Source: a virus
Lineage: Duplodnaviria > Caudoviricetes
Strand: one strand, 5' to 3'
IMG/VR virus record: IMGVR_UViG_3300044842_000325
Coordinates: 64,847-128,846 of that record
Length of the DNA: 64,000 nt
Shown here: in pieces, positions 9,466 through 18,893 of the stretch
Position numbering within the stretch: position 1 is the stretch's first letter
How the letters are laid out: every line of letters starts with the position of its first letter
Made by a program: the position numbers and the translations under genes
The notes under the pieces: generated by a model
What the model saw: the letters and a program-made list of their open reading frames with translations, nothing else
Told to the model about the DNA's origin: nothing
Database searches by the model: none

Positions 9466-10560
9466 ATGTATAGCATCGTTCATGTCGATCCCAAAAAAGA
9501 ATACGGCGTAGCACGACTGCCTGAATGGAAAGCGGTGCAAGATGGACTCAAGCGTAACCTCATCACCTTCTTGCAACATTACCGTCACGCCAGTTACAGT
9601 GTCGCCGCTGACCATTTGTTGGTCAAGTTGCTCCAGTCAATGAACGTGCCGATTACGCTTAACAGCGATCGGTACTATAGTAACATCAGTCTCAACGCTT
9701 TGAACGTGGCGAATAGTTTACAACTCACCACCCCGTTTGGCGAAGGACAACTCTTCAAAGGAGTGTTCTTTAATAAGCAGGTGCAGGAAGTCATCATTGC
9801 CTTTGATGAACTGTTCGACTACGAGAAGATCGAAACCAATTGGCAAGACGCCACGCCGGTGCGGGTGATCCAACACCCTTTTCCCCATGTCACGTTGCAA
9901 GTGCCCAATGGGAAGTTCGTCAGCCCCCATCAAGGCGTCGCCGTGGTGGCAGTGAACGTGAGTTTGCTGGCAGTACAACACCGCGCCTTTCTGTTGGCAG
10001 AGCAGCGAAAGCAAACCGCCAATCCTGATTACGTCCAGCGCAACACCATGCAGTTCATCCACATGTTCGTGTTGCCGAATATGCTGGAGAGTTATCTGGA
10101 CTACGCGGTGTTTAATCGCATCAACCATCTGTTCAACGATGAGCCGATGTTGATGATTCCGACCAAGAGTGCAGTGCACTTGCCGAACTATACCCGACCA
10201 GTTGACAATGCACTCAAACGCCTGCTGACCATTTTGGATCGTTCGGATTATTCACCACAAGCCGTACTCGCGGCCATCCCCGCTGTGTCATTTCCGGATA
10301 TGCGCCAAGTGATGCTGGTCCCAGATGTCGCACCGACACGCCAAATTCTATGGTCGGTGATTTTGGCACGCCTACCCATGTTGCTCTTCTTGGCTCGCAT
10401 CGCCAAAAAGACAGGCCGTATTCGGAACCAAGCGGGCCTGGCAGATGTATCTACGATGCTGATTCGTTTGAAGAATCAACGGGTGCTGGATTCCACATTG
10501 CCCAAGACTTTATACACCCCAGCCATGGACTCCATCAACGAGATCCTCGGCTATCTTTAA
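9466..10560 (+). CDS. Virion structural protein (phiKZ gp52-like)
   Basis: 364 aa, divergent from chmA, matching the size and orientation in the conserved DNApol-gp52-chmA arrangement. Confidence 0.65.
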   Translation: MYSIVHVDPKKEYGVARLPEWKAVQDGLKRNLITFLQHYRHASYSVAADHLLVKLLQSMNVPITLNSDRYYSNISLNALNVANSLQLTTPFGEGQLFKGVFFNKQVQEVIIAFDELFDYEKIETNWQDATPVRVIQHPFPHVTLQVPNGKFVSPHQGVAVVAVNVSLLAVQHRAFLLAEQRKQTANPDYVQRNTMQFIHMFVLPNMLESYLDYAVFNRINHLFNDEPMLMIPTKSAVHLPNYTRPVDNALKRLLTILDRSDYSPQAVLAAIPAVSFPDMRQVMLVPDVAPTRQILWSVILARLPMLLFLARIAKKTGRIRNQAGLADVSTMLIRLKNQRVLDSTLPKTLYTPAMDSINEILGYL

Positions 10561-10578
10561 TTTTTCTGAAAGACCAAC

Positions 10579-11883
10579 ATGAAACGACATCTGCAAGCGC
10601 CCGAACCGCAACCGATCCCGACGCCGGTCCTGTCGGTGGAAGAAGAAGCGATTCTGGCGGACGAGCACAACGAAGCCAGTCAGGCCCTCGACAACGCTAC
10701 GGCGGACGCTGACCGCATCACCGAAGTGGCCGATGTGGCCCAGGACGCAGTCCAGGTCGTGGACATGACGCCGGAAGTCGGTCAAGTCGAACAAGAACTC
10801 GTGGGGGCCGTGGGTGACATGGCTGTGGCGGGTACTGATGCTGACCCGACCGACATCATCAACATCCCGGCTGCGCCGACCGAAGGCGAAGAGCCGAAGC
10901 CGGAAGGGCTGAGCGTCGAAGGAATCGCCAGCACCCTGAAGTCGATCTGGGACGCCATCATCACCGCCATCAAGAACATGTGGGTCGGCTTCAAGCACTG
11001 GCTGACCACCTACTTCGCCACGCTGGAACAGAACAAGAAGCACGCTGAAAAGCTGATCGAGCGTCTGTCCGGCATGAAGGGTTACCTGGCCAACGATGGC
11101 GCCATGCTGACCAGCTCGATGACCGACATCTTCCACTACAGCGGCCGCAGCTTCATCGATCTGTTCAACACCGCTGGTCGCCAAGAACACGACTTCAACG
11201 CCTACGTGCTGGACACCACCAAGAACCAACACGGCCTGATGATCCCGATCGGCGATGGCATGGTGCAAGCCTACAACGCTTACCAGGGTGAAGACATCGC
11301 TGACATCGGCCAAGTCGTCGACGTACTGAGCACCCGCTTCGTCGACTACATGAAGCGCCTGAACCTGCAACCGGGCAAGGGCGACAAATGGGAAACCAAA
11401 CCGATCGCGCAGATGAAGGTCGTGGCCGATGGTTACAGCGACAGGATCACCGATCCCGCGCAATCGATCGAAACCAAGATCGCGATGCTGTCGAAGATCC
11501 GTTTCTCGGTCGACCAAGACACGAGCTTCGGTAGCAACAAGATCATCAGCATGAAGCTGGACGTCACCGCCGACAAGCTGCTCGAATATGTCAAGGAACG
11601 CCTGGTTTTCATCGACGAACTGCTGAAGTTCAAGGCTGACCAGTTCAAGGCACTGGAAGACAAGGCCACGGCTGTCCAAGGTGCCTGCGATGCGATGCTC
11701 AAACGCATCAAAGAAGACAACAAAGAAGGCACGGCTTTCGCTAAACGCCTGATGCCGCTCGCGACCGCGTACTCGCAGTGGGCGACCCAGCCGACCGGCA
11801 AGCTGCTGCACGTGGCTGCGCGCCACAACAAGTTCTGGCTGTCGCTGTTCGAAATGGCAACGAATAACTTCCGCGCCGCATAA
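10579..11883 (+). CDS. Internal head / ejection protein with an acidic propeptide
   Basis: Acidic ~115-aa N-terminus ending at GLSVE|G (S/A/G-X-E prohead-protease motif), followed by the amphipathic helix IASTLKSIWDAIITAIKNMW typical of phiKZ-like head paralogs. Confidence 0.7.
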   Translation: MKRHLQAPEPQPIPTPVLSVEEEAILADEHNEASQALDNATADADRITEVADVAQDAVQVVDMTPEVGQVEQELVGAVGDMAVAGTDADPTDIINIPAAPTEGEEPKPEGLSVEGIASTLKSIWDAIITAIKNMWVGFKHWLTTYFATLEQNKKHAEKLIERLSGMKGYLANDGAMLTSSMTDIFHYSGRSFIDLFNTAGRQEHDFNAYVLDTTKNQHGLMIPIGDGMVQAYNAYQGEDIADIGQVVDVLSTRFVDYMKRLNLQPGKGDKWETKPIAQMKVVADGYSDRITDPAQSIETKIAMLSKIRFSVDQDTSFGSNKIISMKLDVTADKLLEYVKERLVFIDELLKFKADQFKALEDKATAVQGACDAMLKRIKEDNKEGTAFAKRLMPLATAYSQWATQPTGKLLHVAARHNKFWLSLFEMATNNFRAA

Positions 11884-11900
11884 TCATCCAACGATGACAT

Positions 11901-11937
11901 CTCTCGTTCCCGCTTTTGCGGGAACGAGAGTATGCCG
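11901..11937. terminator. Perfect 13-bp hairpin + TATGCCG between convergent genes
   Basis: CTCTCGTTCCCGC-TTTT-GCGGGAACGAGAG-TATGCCG. Confidence 0.7.
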
Positions 11938-14082
11938 TCAATAGTAGTCCATGGCCAGTTGGCTCAAGTCATCATGATTGAAATAGAATCCAATGGTTTC
12001 CAAAATCAAGTAAAACATTGCTGTTGCTTTTTGTACGATCTTGCGCACATCCACCGCCATCATGATCTCGTCCGGAATCCCTTTGGCAGAAACGATCGGC
12101 AAAGGGAGCTGCAATGACGTGATCTTATCGCGGTTATTCGTTTCTAGCCAACGGCGCATGGCTTTGGCAATGTCTTGGTCAGGCATCTTCTCCAGCCAGT
12201 TATTGGTCTTGGTTTTGCTATCCAATTCCAAACTGACATAGATCGCCTTGTAAGGTGGCGGCGGGATCATCCCATACTTTTGACCGAATACATCGTTCCA
12301 CATGCCGTACTGTTTATACGTCGAGGTTTCTTCGCCGTTCTTGTACGCTGCCGGGTCTTTTACGGTACTGAGTTTCAGGAATTTGAATTCCCCTTTACGG
12401 ATCGACTCAACGATACTGCGTTCCAGGTCAGCCACTTCCTTGACATACTTCATGGCGCTGATACTGCCTTTGGCCATGATGGTGTTCATGATGTCGAGCA
12501 TCATGTTCTCAGCCTGCGCAACAATCGCTTTTGGTGCATTGGAAGACTTGAGGTGAACCCCTTTGATTTCCTTCTTGAGTTCTTTCTTGATGTTACCTTC
12601 TTGGCAGCTGATCTGGGCAAAGTAGTGTTTACCGAGTTGGGTCAGAACAAACACGTCGAACTTGTATTCATTCTTCATTTCAATGGTAAACGCGTGATCC
12701 CGGCCAATCCCCACGTTGGCGGACATCTTGGCTAGAATGTGGATGATCGATTGCGATGCCAAAAAGATCATTGAAGCGCACACGGCGTCGTAGGTCGCAT
12801 CGAACTTGACTTGCTTGCAATACCAGAGAATCCAGTCTTGCGTGGTGAAGATGGTCGAGTCCGTGTCCGACACCAACACCACCCGGCGCAAGCTGTGTGG
12901 GAACATCGCGATCGAAGCAGGCACATTGTCCGTGGCCCAGAACGTACGAATCAGGTCGGCATACGCCCACATGACGTTGGCGATGTTTTCGGTTTGTGCT
13001 GCCACGATCGCGTAACCGACAGGATTATTCTTGATAATCTCGTCGATCGACTTGCCCTTGGTGATCTCGGGCTGGAGTTGCTTGGCTAAGTTGAAGAAGT
13101 CTTCGGGCCACTTTTTGATGGTTTCGGCGGGAGTGGGATCAGGTACATCCACCCGTTGAATAAGGCGTCCCATAAAAGTGCGTACAAAATCATCGTTGAA
13201 TTCCTTCAGTTGGTACATGTCACCCGTGTACACAAAGGCAGCACGTTGGATTGGCGTGAGATGATCGATCAAGTCACGGATCTTGGCGTACGACGGCTTA
13301 TGATTCCAATACAGCTTGGCCGAACGGTACACAACATTGAAGGTTTCTTCAGCGGTCGGGTAATGCAGGTTGTAACGGGTCATCACGTGCTCGACTGCCG
13401 CCATGTCGGTGTGGGCAATGATCGACACGATGTTGTTGCGCGTAATGTCATACGACCAGTAGTGACGATTACTGGCCAAGAAGCGTTCGTTGTTGGCATT
13501 CCCGTATGCCGAGGTTTGTCGACAAGAAGATGTGAGGGACGAGTGGCCGGTCTTGTTGGTGATCGGGTTGTGTTCACTCACCATGGCGCCCGACACGGCG
13601 TTGTTCGCCAACTTTTCCGTGGTTTGCTTACCACTGAAGAAGCGGTAGTTAAAGCTGCTCTCGCCCTCCTCTTGACCCGCTTTAAACATCGCTTTCTTTG
13701 CTACGCCACGCGACTTCACGTTGTCGTATTGGAATTTCGACAGAGGGGACAGGCGCACCTTGGGATTGTGATACGTAGTGAACGTGGGAGCGTAGATCTG
13801 TTCTTCCCCGAGGATCGTGCCGATGTATTCCGACATCGGGATCACCCCGTCTTCCCGGTCACCGGTATCGAAATCGCGTTCGAGGAACACGGCGTTGGGG
13901 TCTTGAATCGGGAACTCGCCGGTAGGGGAGAGTTGCTGCTTGACGAAGCGCATGGCTTCTTCGTACGAAATCCCGGCCATGATTTGCAGATGAGCTGCAT
14001 GTTGATGCATGGCGTGACGAATCGGGTTGATATCCCGTTTGTAATCTTCAGCTGGAGAAATAAACGGACTGTTCTTAGACAT
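11938..14082 (-). CDS. Family B DNA polymerase, polymerase domain (phiKZ gp50-like)
   Basis: Motifs SDTDST, KLANNAVSG and KGVHLK; 714 aa. No evident proofreading domain, consistent with the split PolB of phiKZ-like phages. Confidence 0.88.
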   Translation of the reverse strand: MSKNSPFISPAEDYKRDINPIRHAMHQHAAHLQIMAGISYEEAMRFVKQQLSPTGEFPIQDPNAVFLERDFDTGDREDGVIPMSEYIGTILGEEQIYAPTFTTYHNPKVRLSPLSKFQYDNVKSRGVAKKAMFKAGQEEGESSFNYRFFSGKQTTEKLANNAVSGAMVSEHNPITNKTGHSSLTSSCRQTSAYGNANNERFLASNRHYWSYDITRNNIVSIIAHTDMAAVEHVMTRYNLHYPTAEETFNVVYRSAKLYWNHKPSYAKIRDLIDHLTPIQRAAFVYTGDMYQLKEFNDDFVRTFMGRLIQRVDVPDPTPAETIKKWPEDFFNLAKQLQPEITKGKSIDEIIKNNPVGYAIVAAQTENIANVMWAYADLIRTFWATDNVPASIAMFPHSLRRVVLVSDTDSTIFTTQDWILWYCKQVKFDATYDAVCASMIFLASQSIIHILAKMSANVGIGRDHAFTIEMKNEYKFDVFVLTQLGKHYFAQISCQEGNIKKELKKEIKGVHLKSSNAPKAIVAQAENMMLDIMNTIMAKGSISAMKYVKEVADLERSIVESIRKGEFKFLKLSTVKDPAAYKNGEETSTYKQYGMWNDVFGQKYGMIPPPPYKAIYVSLELDSKTKTNNWLEKMPDQDIAKAMRRWLETNNRDKITSLQLPLPIVSAKGIPDEIMMAVDVRKIVQKATAMFYLILETIGFYFNHDDLSQLAMDYY

Positions 14083-14144
14083 GTTGGACCTGTTGTTCTG
14101 ACTCGACTACATGATGAGACAACACGATACAAAAAAAGAACTGA

Positions 14145-14185
14145 CGGCATAAAAACCATCCAAGAGCCCGAAGGCCCTTGGATGG
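14145..14185 (-). terminator. Hairpin + TTTTTATGCCG terminator closing the putative ncRNA
   Basis: CCATCCAAG...CTTGGATGG stem followed on the minus strand by TTTTTATGCCG. Confidence 0.65.
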
Positions 14186-14189
14186 GAAA

Positions 14190-14491
14190 GGTACAGCTTA
14201 GGATATCACATGGGTAAAACCCAACTTCACGACATGAGCAACGCCGTCGCGTTTCAAAGATCCAGTCTTGGTAGCGAGCACTCCCAGCCAACGGATCAAC
14301 CATCGGGAGGAAAGGAACCGATGGGATCGACATCCGCTGGGCCAATGCCCGCTCTCAAGTCGCGCCACCTCTACGCACCGTTTCTATGGACACTACAGCG
14401 TCGCTCATCGCACATCCCCTGTCGCATACAGGGGCACAACTTCCCCGCGGGCCAGGTCCCACGAAGCGCATGGAGCGTGCGCACTCCCTGC
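14190..14491 (-). ncRNA. Putative standalone structured ncRNA (~300 nt)
   Basis: No credible ORF. Promoter motif at 14491-14500 and terminator at 14145-14185. 18-bp closing stem 14234-14251/14391-14408 with G-U pairs on the minus strand, long inner stem 14267-14359, and extra hairpins. Confidence 0.55.
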
Positions 14492-14500
14492 ATTCAATAC
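14491..14500 (-). promoter_or_regulatory. Putative promoter motif GTATTGAATG
   Basis: Identical to 1317-1326. Confidence 0.5.
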
Positions 14501-14520
14501 GTATCCCGAATAAAAAAGGA

Positions 14521-14928
14521 TTACGATGCCGATTCGAAACTAATTGACTTCACCTGGAAACCATTGGCGGCCAAACAATCGAGCAGTTTTTGCTGACGGC
14601 TGCTGGACGAGTTATCGATCACGACGGTATGGCGACCGAGATTGACTGATTCCAGCGTGGCCGGGTTGATCCACTCCATTGCGATGATCTGCGTGGCGCC
14701 CGACGGCAGACGAATGCGCAGATACTTGTACTTGCTGGGATTGTTGACCGTGCTGCCCGGCAGACTTGGATACACCAGCGCATGTTGCGCTAGGATATCA
14801 AAACCCATCATCTGCGCGGTTTCGGCGTCGAAGATCGACATCACCAACGCGTTCTTAAAGTTCGTACCCAGCACGGCGACCGGGTACACACTGAACGAGT
14901 AAATACCACCAACCTCAATATCCATCAC
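14521..14928 (-). CDS. Conserved phiKZ-like protein (gp49-like)
   Basis: 135 aa, beta-rich, GGAG RBS, upstream of the DNA polymerase as in related phages. Confidence 0.7.
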   Translation of the reverse strand: MMDIEVGGIYSFSVYPVAVLGTNFKNALVMSIFDAETAQMMGFDILAQHALVYPSLPGSTVNNPSKYKYLRIRLPSGATQIIAMEWINPATLESVNLGRHTVVIDNSSSSRQQKLLDCLAANGFQVKSISFESAS

Positions 14929-14947
14929 TTGACTCCGTTAAAAGGAA

Positions 14948-15310
14948 TTAGTCCTTATAACGGCGCACGCACAGATCCCATCCTTGCATAGAAAAAGGGA
15001 AATACATCAATGCACCGTCGATATAAAAACCGCGGTGGCGAATGTCGTCCCAGATTGCCACCATCAGGTGGTAAGCTAAACGATCGGTCGCTTCGCGGTC
15101 CACTCTCAGATGATTGGCAAAGATGAAGTTCTCGTACGTCAAAATGTTGCGGTCGTACATGTCCAGCGGGGTGTGCTGATCGAGAATGAAGAAGATCTGT
15201 TTGAAGAGTTCTAACCGATCTTCTTCTTGTAGCGTGTAACCAAAGCCCGCTTCAAAATCCATCAACATGTGCATGGTGTCGATGATGGTGACGTGGTGTA
15301 GAGTTACCAT
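14948..15310 (-). CDS. Hypothetical protein, diverged-array member
   Basis: 120 aa, GGAG RBS, tightly packed operon. Confidence 0.65.
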   Translation of the reverse strand: MVTLHHVTIIDTMHMLMDFEAGFGYTLQEEDRLELFKQIFFILDQHTPLDMYDRNILTYENFIFANHLRVDREATDRLAYHLMVAIWDDIRHRGFYIDGALMYFPFSMQGWDLCVRRYKD

Positions 15311-15312
15311 AG

Positions 15313-15951
15313 TTACTCCGAAATGAAATCGAGCCCCCTTAGTGGATCAGGAGCGTCGTCATCGAGCGCAACAATAGCACAATCATCTTGCCACCCCACG
15401 TAGTGATACGGGAAGCGGCCATGCTTGTACATGCCGTACTCGACCAAACGTTGATAGAGTTGTTTCCCGAACTGCGTAGCGAGAGTAGCGATTTTACGAC
15501 GGGTGTTGGAAATGGCCGCGGCCACATGCGGTCCTGGGATATTCGACTGCAACTGAATATCAGCCATGTGGGCGACGTCGATCCACAGCATGCCCATGGC
15601 CAGATCAAGATCTTCGTTGATTTCTTTTTTGGTCTTGATGTTTTCAATGGCGGCCGCGATGATCAGGCTGATGTCGGGATGCCAGCTCGTACTTTGTTCC
15701 GAGACGTGCTTTTTCATGAACGTCTGCTTAAAGACCGAACCGTCATCTGCGATGGTGTACACCTCCGGAAACACGATGTTGGCATCGATTGGATGATTCA
15801 TGATTTCCGTATTGATCATGTTATCCCACTGCGCGACAAAGTTACGAACAATGTCGCCAATGTTAAGGATGTAATAATCCGGGTACTTCGGGCCTAGGAC
15901 CGGGACCGGATACCGTTCATTAACGGATTCGTTGTAAGATGTAAGTTTCAT
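15313..15951 (-). CDS. Hypothetical protein, diverged-array member
   Basis: Start trimmed to ATG 15951 because the ORF-track extension overlaps the neighbour. C-terminal LYQRLVEYGMYKHGRFPY. Confidence 0.6.
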   Translation of the reverse strand: MKLTSYNESVNERYPVPVLGPKYPDYYILNIGDIVRNFVAQWDNMINTEIMNHPIDANIVFPEVYTIADDGSVFKQTFMKKHVSEQSTSWHPDISLIIAAAIENIKTKKEINEDLDLAMGMLWIDVAHMADIQLQSNIPGPHVAAAISNTRRKIATLATQFGKQLYQRLVEYGMYKHGRFPYHYVGWQDDCAIVALDDDAPDPLRGLDFISE

Positions 15952-16330
15952 AATCAATAGACTGTGAGACAACTTTGTAACGCTCATAACCGGTATTGAG
16001 CATCCCCAAACTCTTGAGATGTTGATAAGCCCGTATCCCAAAGCCATGCAGATACGAACGTAGTCGACCATCCAATTCGATCTTCTCTTGTTTGGCCCGC
16101 GCGGCGGTGGTGTAAACAAACTCCACCTTCGCGTACAAATAATCATGGGCTAACATATCACTGATGATCCGATCGAGATGGATCAGCGGCTCGACATGCT
16201 CAAACATCTCCAGCAGACGCCACTTCACTTGATCAGTATCGATCGTGGGCAGGTCGCTCTTGGTCAGTTGCCGTTGAAGGATCGCACTGGCCTCAGAGAA
16301 ATTAACGATGTATTCTTCACCTACGGCCAT
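15920..16330 (-). CDS. Hypothetical protein, diverged-array member
   Basis: 136 aa, AGGAG RBS. Confidence 0.65.
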   Translation of the reverse strand: MAVGEEYIVNFSEASAILQRQLTKSDLPTIDTDQVKWRLLEMFEHVEPLIHLDRIISDMLAHDYLYAKVEFVYTTAARAKQEKIELDGRLRSYLHGFGIRAYQHLKSLGMLNTGYERYKVVSQSIDYETYILQRIR

Positions 16331-16338
16331 TGACTCTC

Positions 16339-16731
16339 CTATTTCTTTTCGAGCAAAAGATACTCCATCTCGGTGCCAACCTCCACTGTGTCACGAGTTA
16401 ACGCGAATTCTTTCAACAGATGTCGATTCTGCTTAATGAATTCGCTGACCGTGCGACCCACCAAATAGGTAGCGGCAGTGATGGCGACTTCAACGTGATG
16501 TTGCTCAACGTCATTTACATACAGACCATGGAATTGCTGGGATTCGAAATACCGTTGAAACACCCTATCCACAAAAGCCCGATCCCCGACTTCATCGTTG
16601 GGGTGGGCTTTATGATGTTCAAAGTAGTCGGCAATCAGACCAGCAAACCCCCCTTGATAGAAATCAAACAGGTGCTCGTAGCTTTGATACTCAGCAAAAG
16701 CACCCAGTGTGTCAACGATGTATTTATGCAT
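16339..16731 (-). CDS. Hypothetical protein, diverged-array member
   Basis: 130 aa, short overlap with the upstream gene. Confidence 0.65.
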   Translation of the reverse strand: MHKYIVDTLGAFAEYQSYEHLFDFYQGGFAGLIADYFEHHKAHPNDEVGDRAFVDRVFQRYFESQQFHGLYVNDVEQHHVEVAITAATYLVGRTVSEFIKQNRHLLKEFALTRDTVEVGTEMEYLLLEKK

Positions 16732-17107
16732 ACTCAGGTTGCTTGAGGTACACCAACAGAGTGGTGTTGTCCTCGTCTAAAATGTAACGCCCCGTCGCCA
16801 ACTCTTGGAACGTCATGCGAGGAAAGAAACTGATCACGGTACTGAAGATTGCATTGAAGACGTTGTGGCAGATGTCGTACGCAGTCATCTCGTCCACCCC
16901 CACCAGCTTGAGGTAATGCATGGCCATGTTGACATGCGAGGTGGCGTCTCGGTCCCAAATCTTAACACTCAGCTCTTCGAGCAAATGCGTGATGAGATCG
17001 CGGTTGACAAGTCGGTACTGAACTTGTGGTGGCAATTCGGCCCACTTCTGTTCCAAGATTTGCATCACTGCGTCAAAGGGCAATTTGAAAAGCGCCTCAG
17101 AGGACAT
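16724..17107 (-). CDS. Hypothetical protein, diverged-array member
   Basis: 127 aa, operon packing. Confidence 0.65.
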   Translation of the reverse strand: MSSEALFKLPFDAVMQILEQKWAELPPQVQYRLVNRDLITHLLEELSVKIWDRDATSHVNMAMHYLKLVGVDEMTAYDICHNVFNAIFSTVISFFPRMTFQELATGRYILDEDNTTLLVYLKQPEYA

Positions 17108-17109
17108 GA

Positions 17110-18075
17110 TTATCGATAGATGGATTGTGGGTCATGTGCCAAATCGCGGGAGCGAGCCTCGTCTTGTTCACTGACAAAACGATCCCACGAACCGTCAGCT
17201 TTGGCTTGGAGAAAACGTTGATAAGCAGGATCGCGAGTGATGCATTCCCACTCATGGATGCGATGGTCTCCCAGTTGGTCAATGCGTAGCTCGTAACCAT
17301 CCAGGTAGTTCACCGTACACATCTGGTAACCGTTATGCCGCAGTGCATTGCGAATTGGCTGTAACACCAACAGCATGTGTTCGAAGATGCCATTGAAGGT
17401 CATGTTGAACCACGGGTCAGAACGCAGATGTTCCACCTTCGCCCGTTCAGGCAGACGCGGGTCCAGATAGGCTTCGCTGATGAATGGCGCGATGATCTCT
17501 TCGATCAAGAGCGACCGTGCTTGTTTGTTGAACTGTCGGGTCGAGGCGATCTCGTTTTCGATGATCTGGTAAGCGATCTTGATACCGGCCCAAGGCAGGG
17601 TCGGGCGCAGTGACGCCATCGCGGCCAGATGCCGCGGTAGCACGACAGAACGCGGTTGTGCGTCGGTACCTGGGAACGCATCGTTGGGGTTGTAGGGAGG
17701 TGGGTAGAAGTACATTCCCATGTCCACCACATCCCACGGTGTTGTCAAGACCTGTTCGAAATTCTCCACACGGATGTAGTTGTAGCGGTAATACTGCCAC
17801 GGTTGGTTATTCGACCTTCTTATTTTCTCCAGAATTGGATTCAGACTAGGGGACTGGTCTGTACGTTCAGGTTGTGCTTTGCTCAGGAAGACTGCTTCCT
17901 GATACCAGTAAGGATAACCCGCGCGCATCACGGGTTCCAGTTGGTTCGGCAAATACACGCCGGCCTCAGGTTCACGCAACACGTCTTGCAAACTATTCTG
18001 AATCGAGTGTGCTACGTCATGCAGATCCGAATAGTGGGAATGGCGGATGTCCAACTGATGAGAAGAATGGTGCAT
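17110..18075 (-). CDS. Conserved hypothetical protein
   Basis: 321 aa from ATG 18075, 2 nt after the upstream stop. Motif LGDHRIHEWE. Confidence 0.65.
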   Translation of the reverse strand: MHHSSHQLDIRHSHYSDLHDVAHSIQNSLQDVLREPEAGVYLPNQLEPVMRAGYPYWYQEAVFLSKAQPERTDQSPSLNPILEKIRRSNNQPWQYYRYNYIRVENFEQVLTTPWDVVDMGMYFYPPPYNPNDAFPGTDAQPRSVVLPRHLAAMASLRPTLPWAGIKIAYQIIENEIASTRQFNKQARSLLIEEIIAPFISEAYLDPRLPERAKVEHLRSDPWFNMTFNGIFEHMLLVLQPIRNALRHNGYQMCTVNYLDGYELRIDQLGDHRIHEWECITRDPAYQRFLQAKADGSWDRFVSEQDEARSRDLAHDPQSIYR

Positions 18076-18077
18076 GG

Positions 18078-18506
18078 TCAGCGTAGTTGTTCGTTGGGGT
18101 TGTATGTTAAGTCCACATACAACCAAGTCGATTGTCGGTAGATCTCGTGCGCGTGCAGATGACCTAACAAGAAAGGGAACCAAAAGTAGTACCTGGACAG
18201 ACGCGGATAATCGTGGTATTCCACCAGATGGTCCCACACTTCGTGGAACTCGGGGCTGTACTCATCCAGACCTTGATCGATGTAATGTATTTCGGCCAAG
18301 TATTTTCGAACCAACCAGTCGATCAGTTCATCCCGTTGAGTGCGCGGTTCGGTAAACCGATGAGTCGCGGTCCACGGATAATTCTGGTCGATCGAATTAT
18401 TGTCCAGAAGCCAGGGAAACTTTGGTGCCAGGTGGTAAAAAGCGGTCTCTAGGTACATCAGAAAATCACGGATGTCCAGTATCCAGACCGAGCGCTTTGA
18501 AGGCAT
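18078..18506 (-). CDS. Hypothetical protein, first gene of the array
   Basis: 142 aa, AAGGA RBS. Confidence 0.65.
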   Translation of the reverse strand: MPSKRSVWILDIRDFLMYLETAFYHLAPKFPWLLDNNSIDQNYPWTATHRFTEPRTQRDELIDWLVRKYLAEIHYIDQGLDEYSPEFHEVWDHLVEYHDYPRLSRYYFWFPFLLGHLHAHEIYRQSTWLYVDLTYNPNEQLR

Positions 18507-18575
18507 GGTGGTCCTTTAAATGGCTTCTACGTATACCATATCAGCCATGGGTAAATTAATGCCTAATCGAATTGA

Positions 18576-18637
18576 CGGCATAAAAAAATAAGTCCACTTA
18601 CCCAAACACTCTCGTCAGAGAACGCTTAGGTAAGTGG
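18576..18637 (-). terminator. Hairpin + T-run + TATGCCG
   Basis: CCACTTACC...GGTAAGTGG stem, then TTTTTTTATGCCG on the minus strand. Confidence 0.6.
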
Positions 18638-18641
18638 GAAA

Positions 18642-18870
18642 TGGAGGGGCATGGGATAACTAATGTTGACCAGTTCTCTGACTCATGAATCATAGAACTG
18701 CGTCCCTTCGTTCAATCCGCTCCCCTCCAAGTGTACTTCGTTTAACGTCCGATCATCCCGTCTTGCAAAGCCGCTTCGATCCCAAAGGGAACGCCACAGA
18801 GTGGAGCCAGTTACAGAGGACGCAGACTCAGACAGACACCGGACAGGCGTCTAATACCGCACGCAGCGGA
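18642..18870 (-). ncRNA. Putative structured RNA / long 3' UTR downstream of the phuZ unit
   Basis: Nested stems TGGAGGGG/CCCCTCCA, GGAT/ATCC, GAC/GTC and CAGTTCT/AGAACTG over 18642-18729. No credible ORF. Confidence 0.4.
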
Positions 18871-18893
18871 TGGGCCAAGTTGTGGGTGGGAAT

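Noticed and set aside
13842-14596. Short ORFs across the putative ncRNA (13842-14345, 14210-14596, 14268-14513)
   Set aside because: They overlap real genes or a terminator, lack RBSs and have atypical composition.
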